Shown piece by piece: positions 30,206-40,284 of a stretch of 64,000 nt of DNA (its first letter is position 1; each line of letters begins with the position of its first letter). Origin of the DNA: Candidatus Bathyarchaeota archaeon (lineage in GTDB: Archaea; Thermoproteota; Bathyarchaeia; Bathyarchaeales; Bathycorpusculaceae); contig CAWHVC010000001.1 of NCBI GenBank assembly GCA_963832745.1, positions 128,001-192,000 on the forward strand, given 5' to 3'. Position numbers and translations under genes: made by a program. The notes beneath the pieces are model-generated. The model had not been told where the DNA came from, ran no database searches, and saw only the letters and a list, made by a program, of their open reading frames with translations.

Positions 30206-30957
30206 TGCTAAACATTCAAGACGTCGAATTCTCCTACAAAAACGGTACTTGTGTCCTCAAGGGCGTCAACATGCTTGTTGGTGTACACGAAATCTTAGCC
30301 ATTTTAGGACCTAACGGAGTAGGCAAATCCACTCTGCTAAAATGCATTAACGGACTACTGAAAACCAAAAAAGGCGACATAATAGTAGACAAAGAAAACC
30401 TAAAACAACTCAAACGTGTCGAAATCGCAAAAAGGCTAGGTTACGTGCCTCAACGAGCAGACGTTTCACAAATAACCGTTTTTGATTCTGTTTTGCTTGG
30501 ACGCAAACCGCACATAACATGGGACGTATCAAATAAGGACATTGAAATCACAAAACACGCAATAACACGGTTAGGCATGGATAAGCTTTCTTTGAAAAAC
30601 ATCGATGAAATTAGCGGTGGTGAACTGCAAAAAGTTCAAATTGCTAGAGCTTTGGTTCAGGAACCTAAAGTGATGTTGTTAGATGAACCGACAAGTAGTT
30701 TAGACCTCTGTAATCAGCATCGAATAATGGCAACCTTGGTGGATATTGTAAAGAAAACCAATTTGACAGCAATAATGACAATGCATGACCTAAATCTTGC
30801 AGTACGTTACGCAGACAAATTCATTATGCTTAAAGATGGAAAGGTTTTCGCTGCAGGAGACCAAACCGTGATTACACCCAGTAACATTGAAGCCGTTTAT
30901 GGTCTTCCTGTTGAAGTAGAACATTATCGAGAAAGACTTGTGGTGATACCCCTCTAA
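30205..30957 (+). CDS. FecE/BtuD family ABC ATP-binding protein
   Basis: GPNGVGKST, ISGGELQKV, LLDEPTSSLD, MHDLNLA. Confidence 0.93.
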   Translation: MLNIQDVEFSYKNGTCVLKGVNMLVGVHEILAILGPNGVGKSTLLKCINGLLKTKKGDIIVDKENLKQLKRVEIAKRLGYVPQRADVSQITVFDSVLLGRKPHITWDVSNKDIEITKHAITRLGMDKLSLKNIDEISGGELQKVQIARALVQEPKVMLLDEPTSSLDLCNQHRIMATLVDIVKKTNLTAIMTMHDLNLAVRYADKFIMLKDGKVFAAGDQTVITPSNIEAVYGLPVEVEHYRERLVVIPL

Positions 30958-31042
30958 GTCTAAATTGCACAAGACCAACGTAATGTTAACTTGCCAAACT
31001 TTTTCTTTTTTTGTTATGGAAAAAGAGTAAAAATTGAAAAAC

Positions 31043-31855
31043 CTATTTTTCCCAATATATGGTTGTAATAGTTGTGTTTATTTGGTCTACTACCCGACCT
31101 TCTTTTGTTATTGATGCAAGATACTGTTTTATTCTCTCGATTTCGTCTGATGCCAGTTTCTTAGCCATCATTGTTCTGCCTACATAATAAGAGCAGGCGT
31201 CTTCATACGACTGATTCATACTCCACAATTGATGTTCATAAACAAGCTTTGGCAAATAGTCCATGTGAAACAGTATATCAATAGCGTAAATGCGATTATC
31301 TCCACAGTTTCCCTTATCATCATTTAATCCCGCAATTTTGTGAACTTGCTGCAAAACTGGTTCAATCATTTTATTTGGATTCGATAGAACGCAGAAACGT
31401 TTACTGGCATCATTCATTTTTTCAAAAGTGGCTGCATCACAAATTGCGGGGGTAGTATGAGCGAAAACCAGGTCAAAACGTTTCTTAAAGCCTTCCTTTG
31501 CAAGGTCAACCGTACTCCAATCCATGCAGGAAAGTGTAACGTTAGTTATTTTTTCATTTTGAAGTTTTGCTTTACCATGATTAATCATGTTTGGCGAAAA
31601 ATCAAGGCCTGTAGCAGAATTGACCCGTTTAGAAAGAGCCATCGCGTAAACGCCCACTCCACAACCGACATCCAGTACATCATAAGCTGGATCTAACATG
31701 TGCTCTTGTTCTAACAATTGCAGAAACTTATTGTCTCGAAAAGAAGGAATTATGTTGTAAATTGGATCTTCTGCTTGGGAATTCCACATATTCATTTCTG
31801 AATTAATATTTTTATTGGGCACAACCCAGTTCTTCCTAATGTCTTCAACATTCAT
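31043..31855 (-). CDS. Class I SAM-dependent methyltransferase
   Basis: VLDVGCGVG, GLDFSPNM, FDLVFA. Confidence 0.88.
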   Translation of the reverse strand: MNVEDIRKNWVVPNKNINSEMNMWNSQAEDPIYNIIPSFRDNKFLQLLEQEHMLDPAYDVLDVGCGVGVYAMALSKRVNSATGLDFSPNMINHGKAKLQNEKITNVTLSCMDWSTVDLAKEGFKKRFDLVFAHTTPAICDAATFEKMNDASKRFCVLSNPNKMIEPVLQQVHKIAGLNDDKGNCGDNRIYAIDILFHMDYLPKLVYEHQLWSMNQSYEDACSYYVGRTMMAKKLASDEIERIKQYLASITKEGRVVDQINTTITTIYWEK

Positions 31856-31949
31856 CAGTATTACTTCCTTTAATAGCAGTAATACTTGTTTTGTATTTCA
31901 GACTTTCTCTTTGAGACGAGAACGCAACGCAACAACCATTCGTTTTATG

Positions 31950-32865
31950 CTATTCTCCTATATTCCAGTTGTTTGTTGCATATTTTATGTTGAACCTGTT
32001 TTGTGGTCGCTGATTAATTTTCTCAAGAGTCTGTTCAGATTACATATAGTCGGCTGCACCGATTTGTATGTGTGCGGTCAGATTGTACATATCAGTAGTG
32101 ATTTGCCAGATGTGCATATCAGTAATCTGCACGATTTCTGAGATATTCACCTGAAGATCTGGGTGATAAGGTTAATGTTGAGACCTTTAGGTGCGGTTTC
32201 TAGCAATATGTTTATTGATTCTTTAAATAAACCGTACGCCCAGACGAAAATTACGCTGGATATTCCCATACCCATCAGAGGATCGATAATGTACCAGTTG
32301 GTGAAAGAAACTATAATCGCGCCTACAATAATGGCCACAGATGAGGCGGTGTCGGCGAACATGTGAAGGAAGGCGCCCTTGACGTTGATGTTGTTTTTAG
32401 CACTGTTTCGAAGTAACAAAATACTTACGCCGTTGGCAGCTAACCCTGCAAGGGCAACCAATAGCATTTCAAATCCCAAAACAGGCTGAGGATTAAGCAA
32501 GCGTGTTATGCTTTCATATAATATGTAAGCTGTCACACCAAAAAGAAAGAGGCTGTTGAATAATGCTGCAAGAATTTCTGCCCGATAGAAACCATAAGTT
32601 CGATGATGACAAGGTGGTTTACAGCTGATAACCATAGCGACATAGCTGATGATTAAGGCAAAGAAGTGAGTAAACATGTGCCCTGTATCGCTGCCTAACG
32701 AGAGGCTTCCCGATAAAATGCTGCCGACAATTTCAAGCACCATAACAGAACTCGTAACAATCATTGAGAGAACCAAACGACTTCTAGCGACACCTCGGTA
32801 CTCATGCATCTCTGATAATGCATCATGCTCTTGTTGTGGTTCGTGTGCTCAACGCTAGACTGCAT
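31950..32865 (-). pseudogene. czcD: CDF cation efflux transporter (CzcD-like), disrupted
   Basis: SDTGHM, TYGFYRAEILAAL, AFLHMFAD. The C-terminal TDMHIWQIT..TAHI is in another frame, with an internal TAA near 32040. Confidence 0.8.
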
Positions 32866-33011
32866 AACAATATCCCACCCTGTGTTACTAATATCGCTAA
32901 TTGTCAAAAACCGGTTTATTCCTTGATTGATGCCGAACAAACGTTACTTAATGCTTTTATTTGTGGGTGGGTGGCTAACCTTAAGCATTAGACTCAACTT
33001 AGGTGAAAATA

Positions 33012-33590
33012 ATGGATTACCTTAACGACCGAGCAAAGTTCTTAATGTCTGATGAGCAAAAAAATGGCATGTTCCAGAAGTAATTCTTAATAACCTTAAA
33101 ATTACAAAGGGAATGGTTCTGGGCTGACTTAGGTTCTGGACCGGGCTTTTTTACTCTACTAATGGCTCAGATAACTGGAGAAACCGGTGCAGTATACGCT
33201 GTTGATAGCAATCAAGCAATGCTAAACAGTTTAAAAGAGAACATCGCCAAGTCGAGCATCGATAAAGGCATCATTAAAATCGTAAATAACGATGTCTGCC
33301 ATACAGGAATTACTGACAAATCAGTTGATGTTGTCTTTTTCGCAAATGTTCTCCATGAAGTAGATGACAAATTGGAGTTCTTCCAAAAGATCAAACGTAT
33401 ATCTAAACCAACTGCTATCATTGTTGATATAGCCTGGAAGAAGATTCAAACAGAACGTGGACCGCCCCTGAAAGAACGACTTTCTGAAGAAGAAGCTAAA
33501 CAAGTACTATCTGAAAATGATTTTAAAGTGATAAATCAGACTGATGTAGGACCTTATCATTACGAAGTTATTTGTCGGATAGTTGCTTAA
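33012..33590 (+). CDS. Class I SAM-dependent methyltransferase, frameshifted near the 5' end
   Basis: GGTGA SD plus ATG at 33012; ..KGMVL/ADLGSGPGFF joined across two indels; VDVVFFANVLHE. Confidence 0.75.
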
Positions 33591-34188
33591 TATAGTTACA
33601 GTTAAGCCCTTTCATTTTTGTATTTGCTTTTTCCTATGTTCTACAATTTTTAAAAAATTGGTTGAAGTTGGTGCTTTAGTATGAAAGTTTTGCAAGAAGC
33701 ACCTCTGAAAGAAAGCGCTACATCCCTTAGAATTAGGTTATGGCATTTCTAAAAGATGTATCATTTGATGTTGAAATCTCAAATTGTTCTAGAAAAATAT
33801 CCTTGGCTGCATTTCGTGCTTTCAAAAATTGTGGTCGACATTTTCCAGTTTCGATGGATGTTTATTCGTTGTTGCAGACTTTTTTTGTATGGGAGCTGAC
33901 TTATTTTTAACCTCAAGTTGGTTGTATATATGTAGGTTTTTTCGGTTCTGTAAACTCTTTGAGGGGTAGCTCTCCATGTAAAGTTTCGAGGGATGTCGAG
34001 CCACGCATCTGAGTTCTGAACGAAAAAAGTATGTAGAGCAGCCGATAACATTTCTGTCGCAAATATTAACAGTTAAGATGAAATTCCTTAGAATCAGGTT
34101 ATGGTCTAAAGAATGATCCTGTGTTTTAAAAATTTGGTCTACAAGAATGGCAACATATTGTTAATGTTCTTGAAGAAAATGATCTGTG

Positions 34189-34270
34189 GCCAAGTGAAAC
34201 CCGGTTAGTTTTTCTAACCGCCTTTGAAGGGTTTCGATTGTTTACAGCCAATCGAAAGGTTTAGCTTGGT
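34189..34270. other. Compact four-way-junction inverted-repeat structure
   Basis: 13-bp outer stem with one mismatch, enclosing 7-bp, 3-4-bp and 9-bp hairpins with almost no linker bases. Confidence 0.55.
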
Positions 34271-34458
34271 GTATGACTAGGGCGGGGTTGTATGCACAGG
34301 ATGGTAAAATTTTTTCCCCAGTCGGTATTACGAATTTATAAAAAGGTGTTACTGTATATAAGTTTATTGACACCGAACGGCAAATTTGTTGCATCTAATG
34401 GGCGAATCTGCTCAAAAAAGAGAGAAAAATTGAGGCTAATATCACCCCTTGTCTTGGT

Positions 34459-34481
34459 TTCAAACCCTGCCCTTGGCACCA
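34459..34481 (+). repeat. Internal copy of the tRNA-Phe 3' end (att-like)
   Basis: TTCAAACCCTGCCCTTGGCACCA, 22/23 identical to 21781-21803. Confidence 0.9.
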
Positions 34482-34531
34482 TCTTATTTATCATCGGCGT
34501 AAGACACGACTTTTAGGAGCAATTCAGTTTC

Positions 34532-36295
34532 TTATTGCGCATTTGAGATTGTTTTAGGACCTTTAAAACGCCATAAAAGAATAGTGCCAACTACTACTAT
34601 AATTACGCTTGTAACAGAGGCAATAGGTATCAATGGGGAACTTGTGGGAACTTGCTCTTCCTCAGATGGTAGTTGCGTGTCTTCAGGTGGTGATAATTGC
34701 TGATTTGCTATTGTACCCTGCCATTTTTCAAGAGTGACTTGTATTTTATTTATGTCACATGGTTGAGTAAGCGGATAATTGTCTGTAAAGTTTTCGTAGA
34801 CGCTGTATGGGGTTTCGCCGATGCCATCGCCGTTTGTGTCACTGCCCATGTAGTTGCTCCAGTAATTGCCTTCTTTACCATTATCCCATTTATTGTATTC
34901 AGAATAATACGAGAAGTTTGTAAAGGTCATCCAATAGGTTTCATGAGCTTCATTTACTTTTGTGTTATCTTTAAAATTGTTCCATACAAAATTGTTAAAA
35001 TCAGAACTGACGAGACTAACAGCATTTTCACTTGTTCCCTGAATGTTGTTTCCTAAAACATGATTATTCAGTGCACTAGTCAAATAAATGCTAATCCTGC
35101 CCTGCTCAAGATTGATGTTATTTTGGAAGAAAGCATTATACTCACCACTTAATTGAAGACCGATTTCTTCAGCTGTTAGGTCGTTTTCATAAACATAATT
35201 TCTGCTCCCACTTAACGTTATACCTGCACAGTTATCGAAACCAGAATTTGAACTGGATGATATATTGTTTTTTTCTATCCAGTTATATGAACCATCAATA
35301 ATAAGGCCACAACAATTTATTCCTACTATAGAATTTTGTGTTACCGTGTTATTATACGAATTTGATATTGTCACTGCAGCAGACTGCCAAGTGCCCCCTT
35401 CTTTTGAAAACTCGTTATCAATTAGAATGTTATTGTGCGAGTTTGCTATGGTTAAAGGTCCTTTACAATGAGTAACCAAGGAGTTGTTTACTCCAAAAAA
35501 CGTTAAAGGCTTGTTTAAACCTGAAACATCAACATCTTGAACCACCATACCCGTACAGTTGACAAGAGTCACCTGACCCGCATTATCTATAACTTGATTT
35601 GATTGCCCCTCAAGAAATACTAATGGCTTACCATTAATCGTGTTACCTGAAATCACATTTGAATCCTTAAATTCCCAGTAAATAAGACTGCAATCTATGA
35701 ACTTGTTATCGATAAAAGTGGTTTCATCAGTTCGAAACTCGACACCGTTACCATTACCTGCATTAAACGTGTTGCCTGAAACAAAATTTTTAACTCCACG
35801 AAGTGCAATAGACCAATATCTGGTTTCAAAATAGTTATCAATAACTGTATTACGCGAAGAAACTACAACATTATCTGAATCAGTCATGAAATCGTCATAA
35901 ATTTCAACGCCTGTTCCAAAATTGACTATCTGAGTGTTCTTAATAGTAACGTCACTTTTTCCATAAATCCCTATAGCTATACCACTGTTTGTTCCTCGAA
36001 TGGTTTTCCCTGCACCATCAAAAACTATGCCATCACATTCTATGTTAATAAAAACAGAGCCCATAGCAACATCACCACTTATATCCTCTGTAAGGGTGTA
36101 AACATTCCCATTTTGGCGAATTTTATCAGTCCCAGTAACAGCACCGGATGGCGTTATTTTTATAATACCTTTAGAAGGTGTAGCAGCACTAAAAGACCCT
36201 AACGTACACACCAAAGACAACGAAAGCAAAAATATTAACATAAGGCTTAAAAATAAATTTTTAAAAATTAGATGGGATTTATTTTTAATAGGCAT
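34532..36295 (-). CDS. Surface protein with right-handed parallel beta-helix (NosD/CASH) repeats
   Basis: Signal peptide, Asn-rich repeats, WDNGKEGNYWSNY.G.D.NGDGIGETPY motif, C-terminal TM. Confidence 0.88.
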   Translation of the reverse strand: MPIKNKSHLIFKNLFLSLMLIFLLSLSLVCTLGSFSAATPSKGIIKITPSGAVTGTDKIRQNGNVYTLTEDISGDVAMGSVFINIECDGIVFDGAGKTIRGTNSGIAIGIYGKSDVTIKNTQIVNFGTGVEIYDDFMTDSDNVVVSSRNTVIDNYFETRYWSIALRGVKNFVSGNTFNAGNGNGVEFRTDETTFIDNKFIDCSLIYWEFKDSNVISGNTINGKPLVFLEGQSNQVIDNAGQVTLVNCTGMVVQDVDVSGLNKPLTFFGVNNSLVTHCKGPLTIANSHNNILIDNEFSKEGGTWQSAAVTISNSYNNTVTQNSIVGINCCGLIIDGSYNWIEKNNISSSSNSGFDNCAGITLSGSRNYVYENDLTAEEIGLQLSGEYNAFFQNNINLEQGRISIYLTSALNNHVLGNNIQGTSENAVSLVSSDFNNFVWNNFKDNTKVNEAHETYWMTFTNFSYYSEYNKWDNGKEGNYWSNYMGSDTNGDGIGETPYSVYENFTDNYPLTQPCDINKIQVTLEKWQGTIANQQLSPPEDTQLPSEEEQVPTSSPLIPIASVTSVIIVVVGTILLWRFKGPKTISNAQ

Positions 36296-36451
36296 AAGTC
36301 TTCAAAAGCATTTTCAAGTACACAACTATTAATTATTTTTCGTCAAGAAACCTTGACTAAACTTTTCTGGAATCAATACATTGCAAGAATAAATGAATTC
36401 TACTATAAAGAGAAAAGGGAAAATTCCGGGTGATATCATTTTTTGCTTGGT

Positions 36452-36473
36452 TTCAACCCCTTCCTTGGCAGCA
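36452..36473 (+). repeat. Degenerate copy of the tRNA-Phe 3' end (att-like)
   Basis: TTCAACCCCTTCCTTGGCAGCA, about 19/23 to the 34459 copy, with shared flanks (ATATCA..CTTGGT upstream, TCYTATT downstream). Confidence 0.7.
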
Positions 36474-36637
36474 TCCTATTAATTTAACACTTTTATTTAG
36501 GCTTCCTAAACAGCTTAGTCTTTCTTGTATTAACCAAAATCAACTAGAGGACAAATATCTGCTCCGTCTTGATTGCTACTGACATTTGTTATTTACTTTA
36601 AGCAATAACAAATTTTTAAAACCCCGTTTAAACCAAA

Positions 36638-39040
36638 GTGATTGGTGATTTTTTGTCTCAGACTAACCTTGATCCCAAGACTGCATCAGAAGAGGCCAGT
36701 CAGCAACGTTCGGTTCTTCCAATTCCTAACAAACCTTACAAGGGATTAATTGTTTACGACGCAAAAAGCACCGACTCAAAGTTTCCACCCATAGAACCAA
36801 TCCGACCACCAAAAAAAGCAGCAAATATTGTTTTAATATTGCTTGACGACGTCGGTTTTGGCGCCTCCAGCACTTTTGGTGGACCAATCAATACACCAGT
36901 TGCAGATGCATTAGCTACGGATGGCCTAAGATATACTAGGTTTCATACAACTGCTTTATGTTCGCCAACACGTGCGGCTATTTTGACGGGACGTAATCAT
37001 CACACGGTTGGAATGGGTGGGATAACAGAAATCGCCACGTCAGCACCAGGCTATAACTCTATAAGACCCAACTATTGTGCACCTATATCAAAAATTCTAA
37101 AATATAACGGTTATTCAACCGCACATTTCGGAAAATGCCACGAAGTTCCTGTTTGGGAAACCGGTCCAATTGGACCATTTGACCATTGGCCAACCTTTTC
37201 AGGTTTTGAAAAGTTCTACGGGTTTGTAGCGGGAGAAACTAATCAGTGGTTCCCTGAAGTTTACGATGGCAGGTCAAGAGTGATGCTACCAGATGACCCT
37301 AACTACCATTTTATGGTGGACATGACTGACCAAGCCATTAATTGGATACGCACCCAAAAAGCAATAGCACCTGATAAGCCGTTTTTTGTTTATTTTGCTC
37401 CGGGAGCTACGCATGCGCCTCATCACGTTCCTAAAGAGTGGGTAGACAAATACAAAGGCAAATTTGATGACGGCTGGGATAAACTTAGAGAACGTACTTT
37501 TGAGAAACAAAAACAGCTTGGAGTCATTTCTAACGACGCAAAACTAACTAAACGGCATAAAGAAATTCCTGCATGGGCTGAAATGCCGGAGGAACTTAAA
37601 CCAGTACTTAGGCATGAAATGGAAGTTTACGCTGGCTTTCTCGAATTCACGGATTATCATATTGGAAGACTACTTGACTCCTTAAAGGATCTTGGAATTT
37701 TTGATGAAACACTGGTTTTCTACATAATCGGTGATAATGGGGCTTCAGCTGAGGGCACATTGAACGGCACTTTTAACGAAATGACCAATTTTAACGGCGC
37801 AGCATCACTTGAAACACCACAGTACCTTATGCAACATCTTGACGAATTTGGAGGACCAACATCATACAATCATTATGCGGTAGGCTGGGCGCATGCAATG
37901 TGCTGTCCTTATCAATGGACAAAACAGGTTGCGTCCCACTTCGGTGGCACAAGAAACGGCATGATTATACATTGGCCTAAAGGAATCAAAGCCAAAGGTG
38001 AACTGCGTCACCAATTCCATCATGTTATTGACGTTGCTCCAACTATTCTTGAAATTGCCGGAATTCCTGAACCGGAGTTTGTGGAAGGTGTAGAGCAGAA
38101 ACTGATGGAAGGTACCAGTATGACATATACCTTTGAAGATAAGGCAGCCCCTGACCGTCATGATGTACAGTATTTTGAAATGTTTGGCAACCGTGGAATC
38201 TACTATAAAGGTTGGACAGCAGTAACTAAGCATCGCACACCATGGCAACTTGTAGGTCAGAAAACGGTGGCTTTTAATGATGACAATTGGGAACTTTACG
38301 ATACCACAAAAGATTGGACTCAAGCTGAAGACCTGTCAAAGCAAAAGCCTGAGTTACTTCATGAATTGCAGCGTCAATGGTTGATTGAAGCAACACGCTA
38401 TAATGTTTTACCGTTGGATGACCGTGGAATAGAACGTTTTAACCCTAAATTGTCAGGTAGGCCTGAAATGGTAACTGGCAATACCCAATTCTTGTATCCG
38501 GGAATGGTTCTAAACGAAAGCGGAGTTATTGACATAAAAAACAAGTCACACTCTATTATTGCTGAAATAAACGTACCTGATTCAGGAGCCAGAGGCGTTG
38601 TTGTAGCTCAAGGCGCTAATTTCGGAGGCTGGGCACTATACTTCAAAGATGAACATCTCAAGTACTGTTACAACTTTTTAGGATTAACCCTCTACACTGT
38701 TGAAGCCCCAGACGTTATGCCACAAGGAAAGCATCAGGTTCGAATGGATTTCAATTATGATGGCGGCGGCTTAGGAAAAGGCGGTACAGCATCACTAATT
38801 GTTGATAACAAGAATGTAGCACAAGGCAAACTGGAACACACTGCACCAGTCATCTTTTCGGCTGACTCTACCTGCATGGTTGGCGACAAAATTGGGGCAC
38901 CAATCTCAAACGACTTCAAAAACGTCGATAACAAGTTTAATGGAAAAATCAGTTGGGTACGTATAGAGAAAGGAATTGAAGAAACCGAACGCCAGATTAG
39001 CCCTGAAGAATGGGTCAGAGTTCACATGTCCATACAATAA
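36638..39040 (+). CDS. Arylsulfatase (Cys-type formylglycine sulfatase) with C-terminal beta-sandwich domain
   Basis: LLDDVG, CSPTRAAILTG (CxPxR), FGKCH, GDNG; no signal peptide. Confidence 0.93.
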   Translation: MIGDFLSQTNLDPKTASEEASQQRSVLPIPNKPYKGLIVYDAKSTDSKFPPIEPIRPPKKAANIVLILLDDVGFGASSTFGGPINTPVADALATDGLRYTRFHTTALCSPTRAAILTGRNHHTVGMGGITEIATSAPGYNSIRPNYCAPISKILKYNGYSTAHFGKCHEVPVWETGPIGPFDHWPTFSGFEKFYGFVAGETNQWFPEVYDGRSRVMLPDDPNYHFMVDMTDQAINWIRTQKAIAPDKPFFVYFAPGATHAPHHVPKEWVDKYKGKFDDGWDKLRERTFEKQKQLGVISNDAKLTKRHKEIPAWAEMPEELKPVLRHEMEVYAGFLEFTDYHIGRLLDSLKDLGIFDETLVFYIIGDNGASAEGTLNGTFNEMTNFNGAASLETPQYLMQHLDEFGGPTSYNHYAVGWAHAMCCPYQWTKQVASHFGGTRNGMIIHWPKGIKAKGELRHQFHHVIDVAPTILEIAGIPEPEFVEGVEQKLMEGTSMTYTFEDKAAPDRHDVQYFEMFGNRGIYYKGWTAVTKHRTPWQLVGQKTVAFNDDNWELYDTTKDWTQAEDLSKQKPELLHELQRQWLIEATRYNVLPLDDRGIERFNPKLSGRPEMVTGNTQFLYPGMVLNESGVIDIKNKSHSIIAEINVPDSGARGVVVAQGANFGGWALYFKDEHLKYCYNFLGLTLYTVEAPDVMPQGKHQVRMDFNYDGGGLGKGGTASLIVDNKNVAQGKLEHTAPVIFSADSTCMVGDKIGAPISNDFKNVDNKFNGKISWVRIEKGIEETERQISPEEWVRVHMSIQ

Positions 39041-39129
39041 AAGGCGTCTTTGCCCAAACTCTTTCTTTTTTTATTCAAGTAATTTATCAAAACAAAGGAG
39101 CGTAAAACGTAATTCAAACGTTTCATGTA

Positions 39130-40284
39130 ATGGCAAAGCCTACTGGTTCAAGATGTAACCTTAACTGTGATTACTGTTTTTTCCTAAAAAAGAAGTATCT
39201 TTACCCCAACAGCAATTTCAGAATGTCTGACAAAGTAATGGAGCGTTACATTAGCCAAACCATTTTAGCCCATAAAGTTCCAGTAGTGACGATTGCCTGG
39301 CAGGGTGGAGAGCCAACTTTAATGGGTTTGGATTTTTATCGACATACTATAGAAATAACAAAAACCGTTACCCCTCAATACATGAAAGTAGAAAATACTT
39401 TACAAACAAATGGTGTCTTGATTGACGAAGAATGGTGCCGTTTTCTTCACGATAACAATTTCTTAGTTGGTTTAAGTATTGATGGACCAAAATTTCTTCA
39501 TGACAGTTACCGAAAAGATAAAGCTGGGCATTCAGTTTTTGATAAAGTCATCCAATCTGCCCGGTTAATGCAGAAACATGGCGTAGAATTTAACATTTTA
39601 TGTACGGTAAATGCCGTAAATAGTAGGTACCCTTTAGAAGTGTACCGTTTCTTTCGTAACGAATTAAAAACACCTTATTTGCAATTCATTCCAATTGTGG
39701 AGCGAGATAATGAAACAGGAAATCAACAGGGAACTTGCATCACAGAACGATCAGTAAACCCAAAACAATACGGTAAATTCTTGATAGAAATATTCGACGA
39801 ATGGGTGCGCCATGATGTAGGCAAAATGTTTGTTCAATTTTTTGACGCGGTCTTAGCTTCGTATGTTAGAGGTTACTCTTCTCTTTGCATTTTAAGCCCC
39901 AAGTGCGGGGAAGGTGTTGCGCTTGAACATAATGGCGATGTCTATTCATGTGACCATTTTGTAGAGCCTAATTTCTTCTTAGGCAACATTTTAAAAACCC
40001 CTATAGTAGACCTTGTTTCGAGTAAACAACAGCAGCTTTTTGGAGAGGCAAAACAAAAAACGCTTCCTCGTTATTGTAGAGAGTGCGAGTTTTTGTTTAC
40101 TTGTTATGGTGAATGCCCAAAAAACCGTGTTTTAAGAGCGCCTGACGGGGAAGAAGGTTTGAATTGGCTGTGTGAAGGGTTGAAAAACTTCTTTAGCCAT
40201 ACCAAAATCCCTATGCAAATAATGGCTTATTTTTTACGTAATAACGAACCGGCTTCAAATATAATGAATATCTTTTCGAATTAA
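39130..40284 (+). CDS. Anaerobic sulfatase-maturating enzyme (radical SAM/SPASM)
   Basis: CNLNCDYC, WQGGEPTL, GDVYSCDH, CRECEFLFTCYGECPKNR; adjacent to the sulfatase. Confidence 0.93.
   Translation: MAKPTGSRCNLNCDYCFFLKKKYLYPNSNFRMSDKVMERYISQTILAHKVPVVTIAWQGGEPTLMGLDFYRHTIEITKTVTPQYMKVENTLQTNGVLIDEEWCRFLHDNNFLVGLSIDGPKFLHDSYRKDKAGHSVFDKVIQSARLMQKHGVEFNILCTVNAVNSRYPLEVYRFFRNELKTPYLQFIPIVERDNETGNQQGTCITERSVNPKQYGKFLIEIFDEWVRHDVGKMFVQFFDAVLASYVRGYSSLCILSPKCGEGVALEHNGDVYSCDHFVEPNFFLGNILKTPIVDLVSSKQQQLFGEAKQKTLPRYCRECEFLFTCYGECPKNRVLRAPDGEEGLNWLCEGLKNFFSHTKIPMQIMAYFLRNNEPASNIMNIFSN

Noticed and set aside
34189-34270. tRNA-Sec (minus strand shows CTTCAAA and a GCCA end)
   Set aside because: The would-be anticodon stem is only about 2 bp and there is no T-arm.
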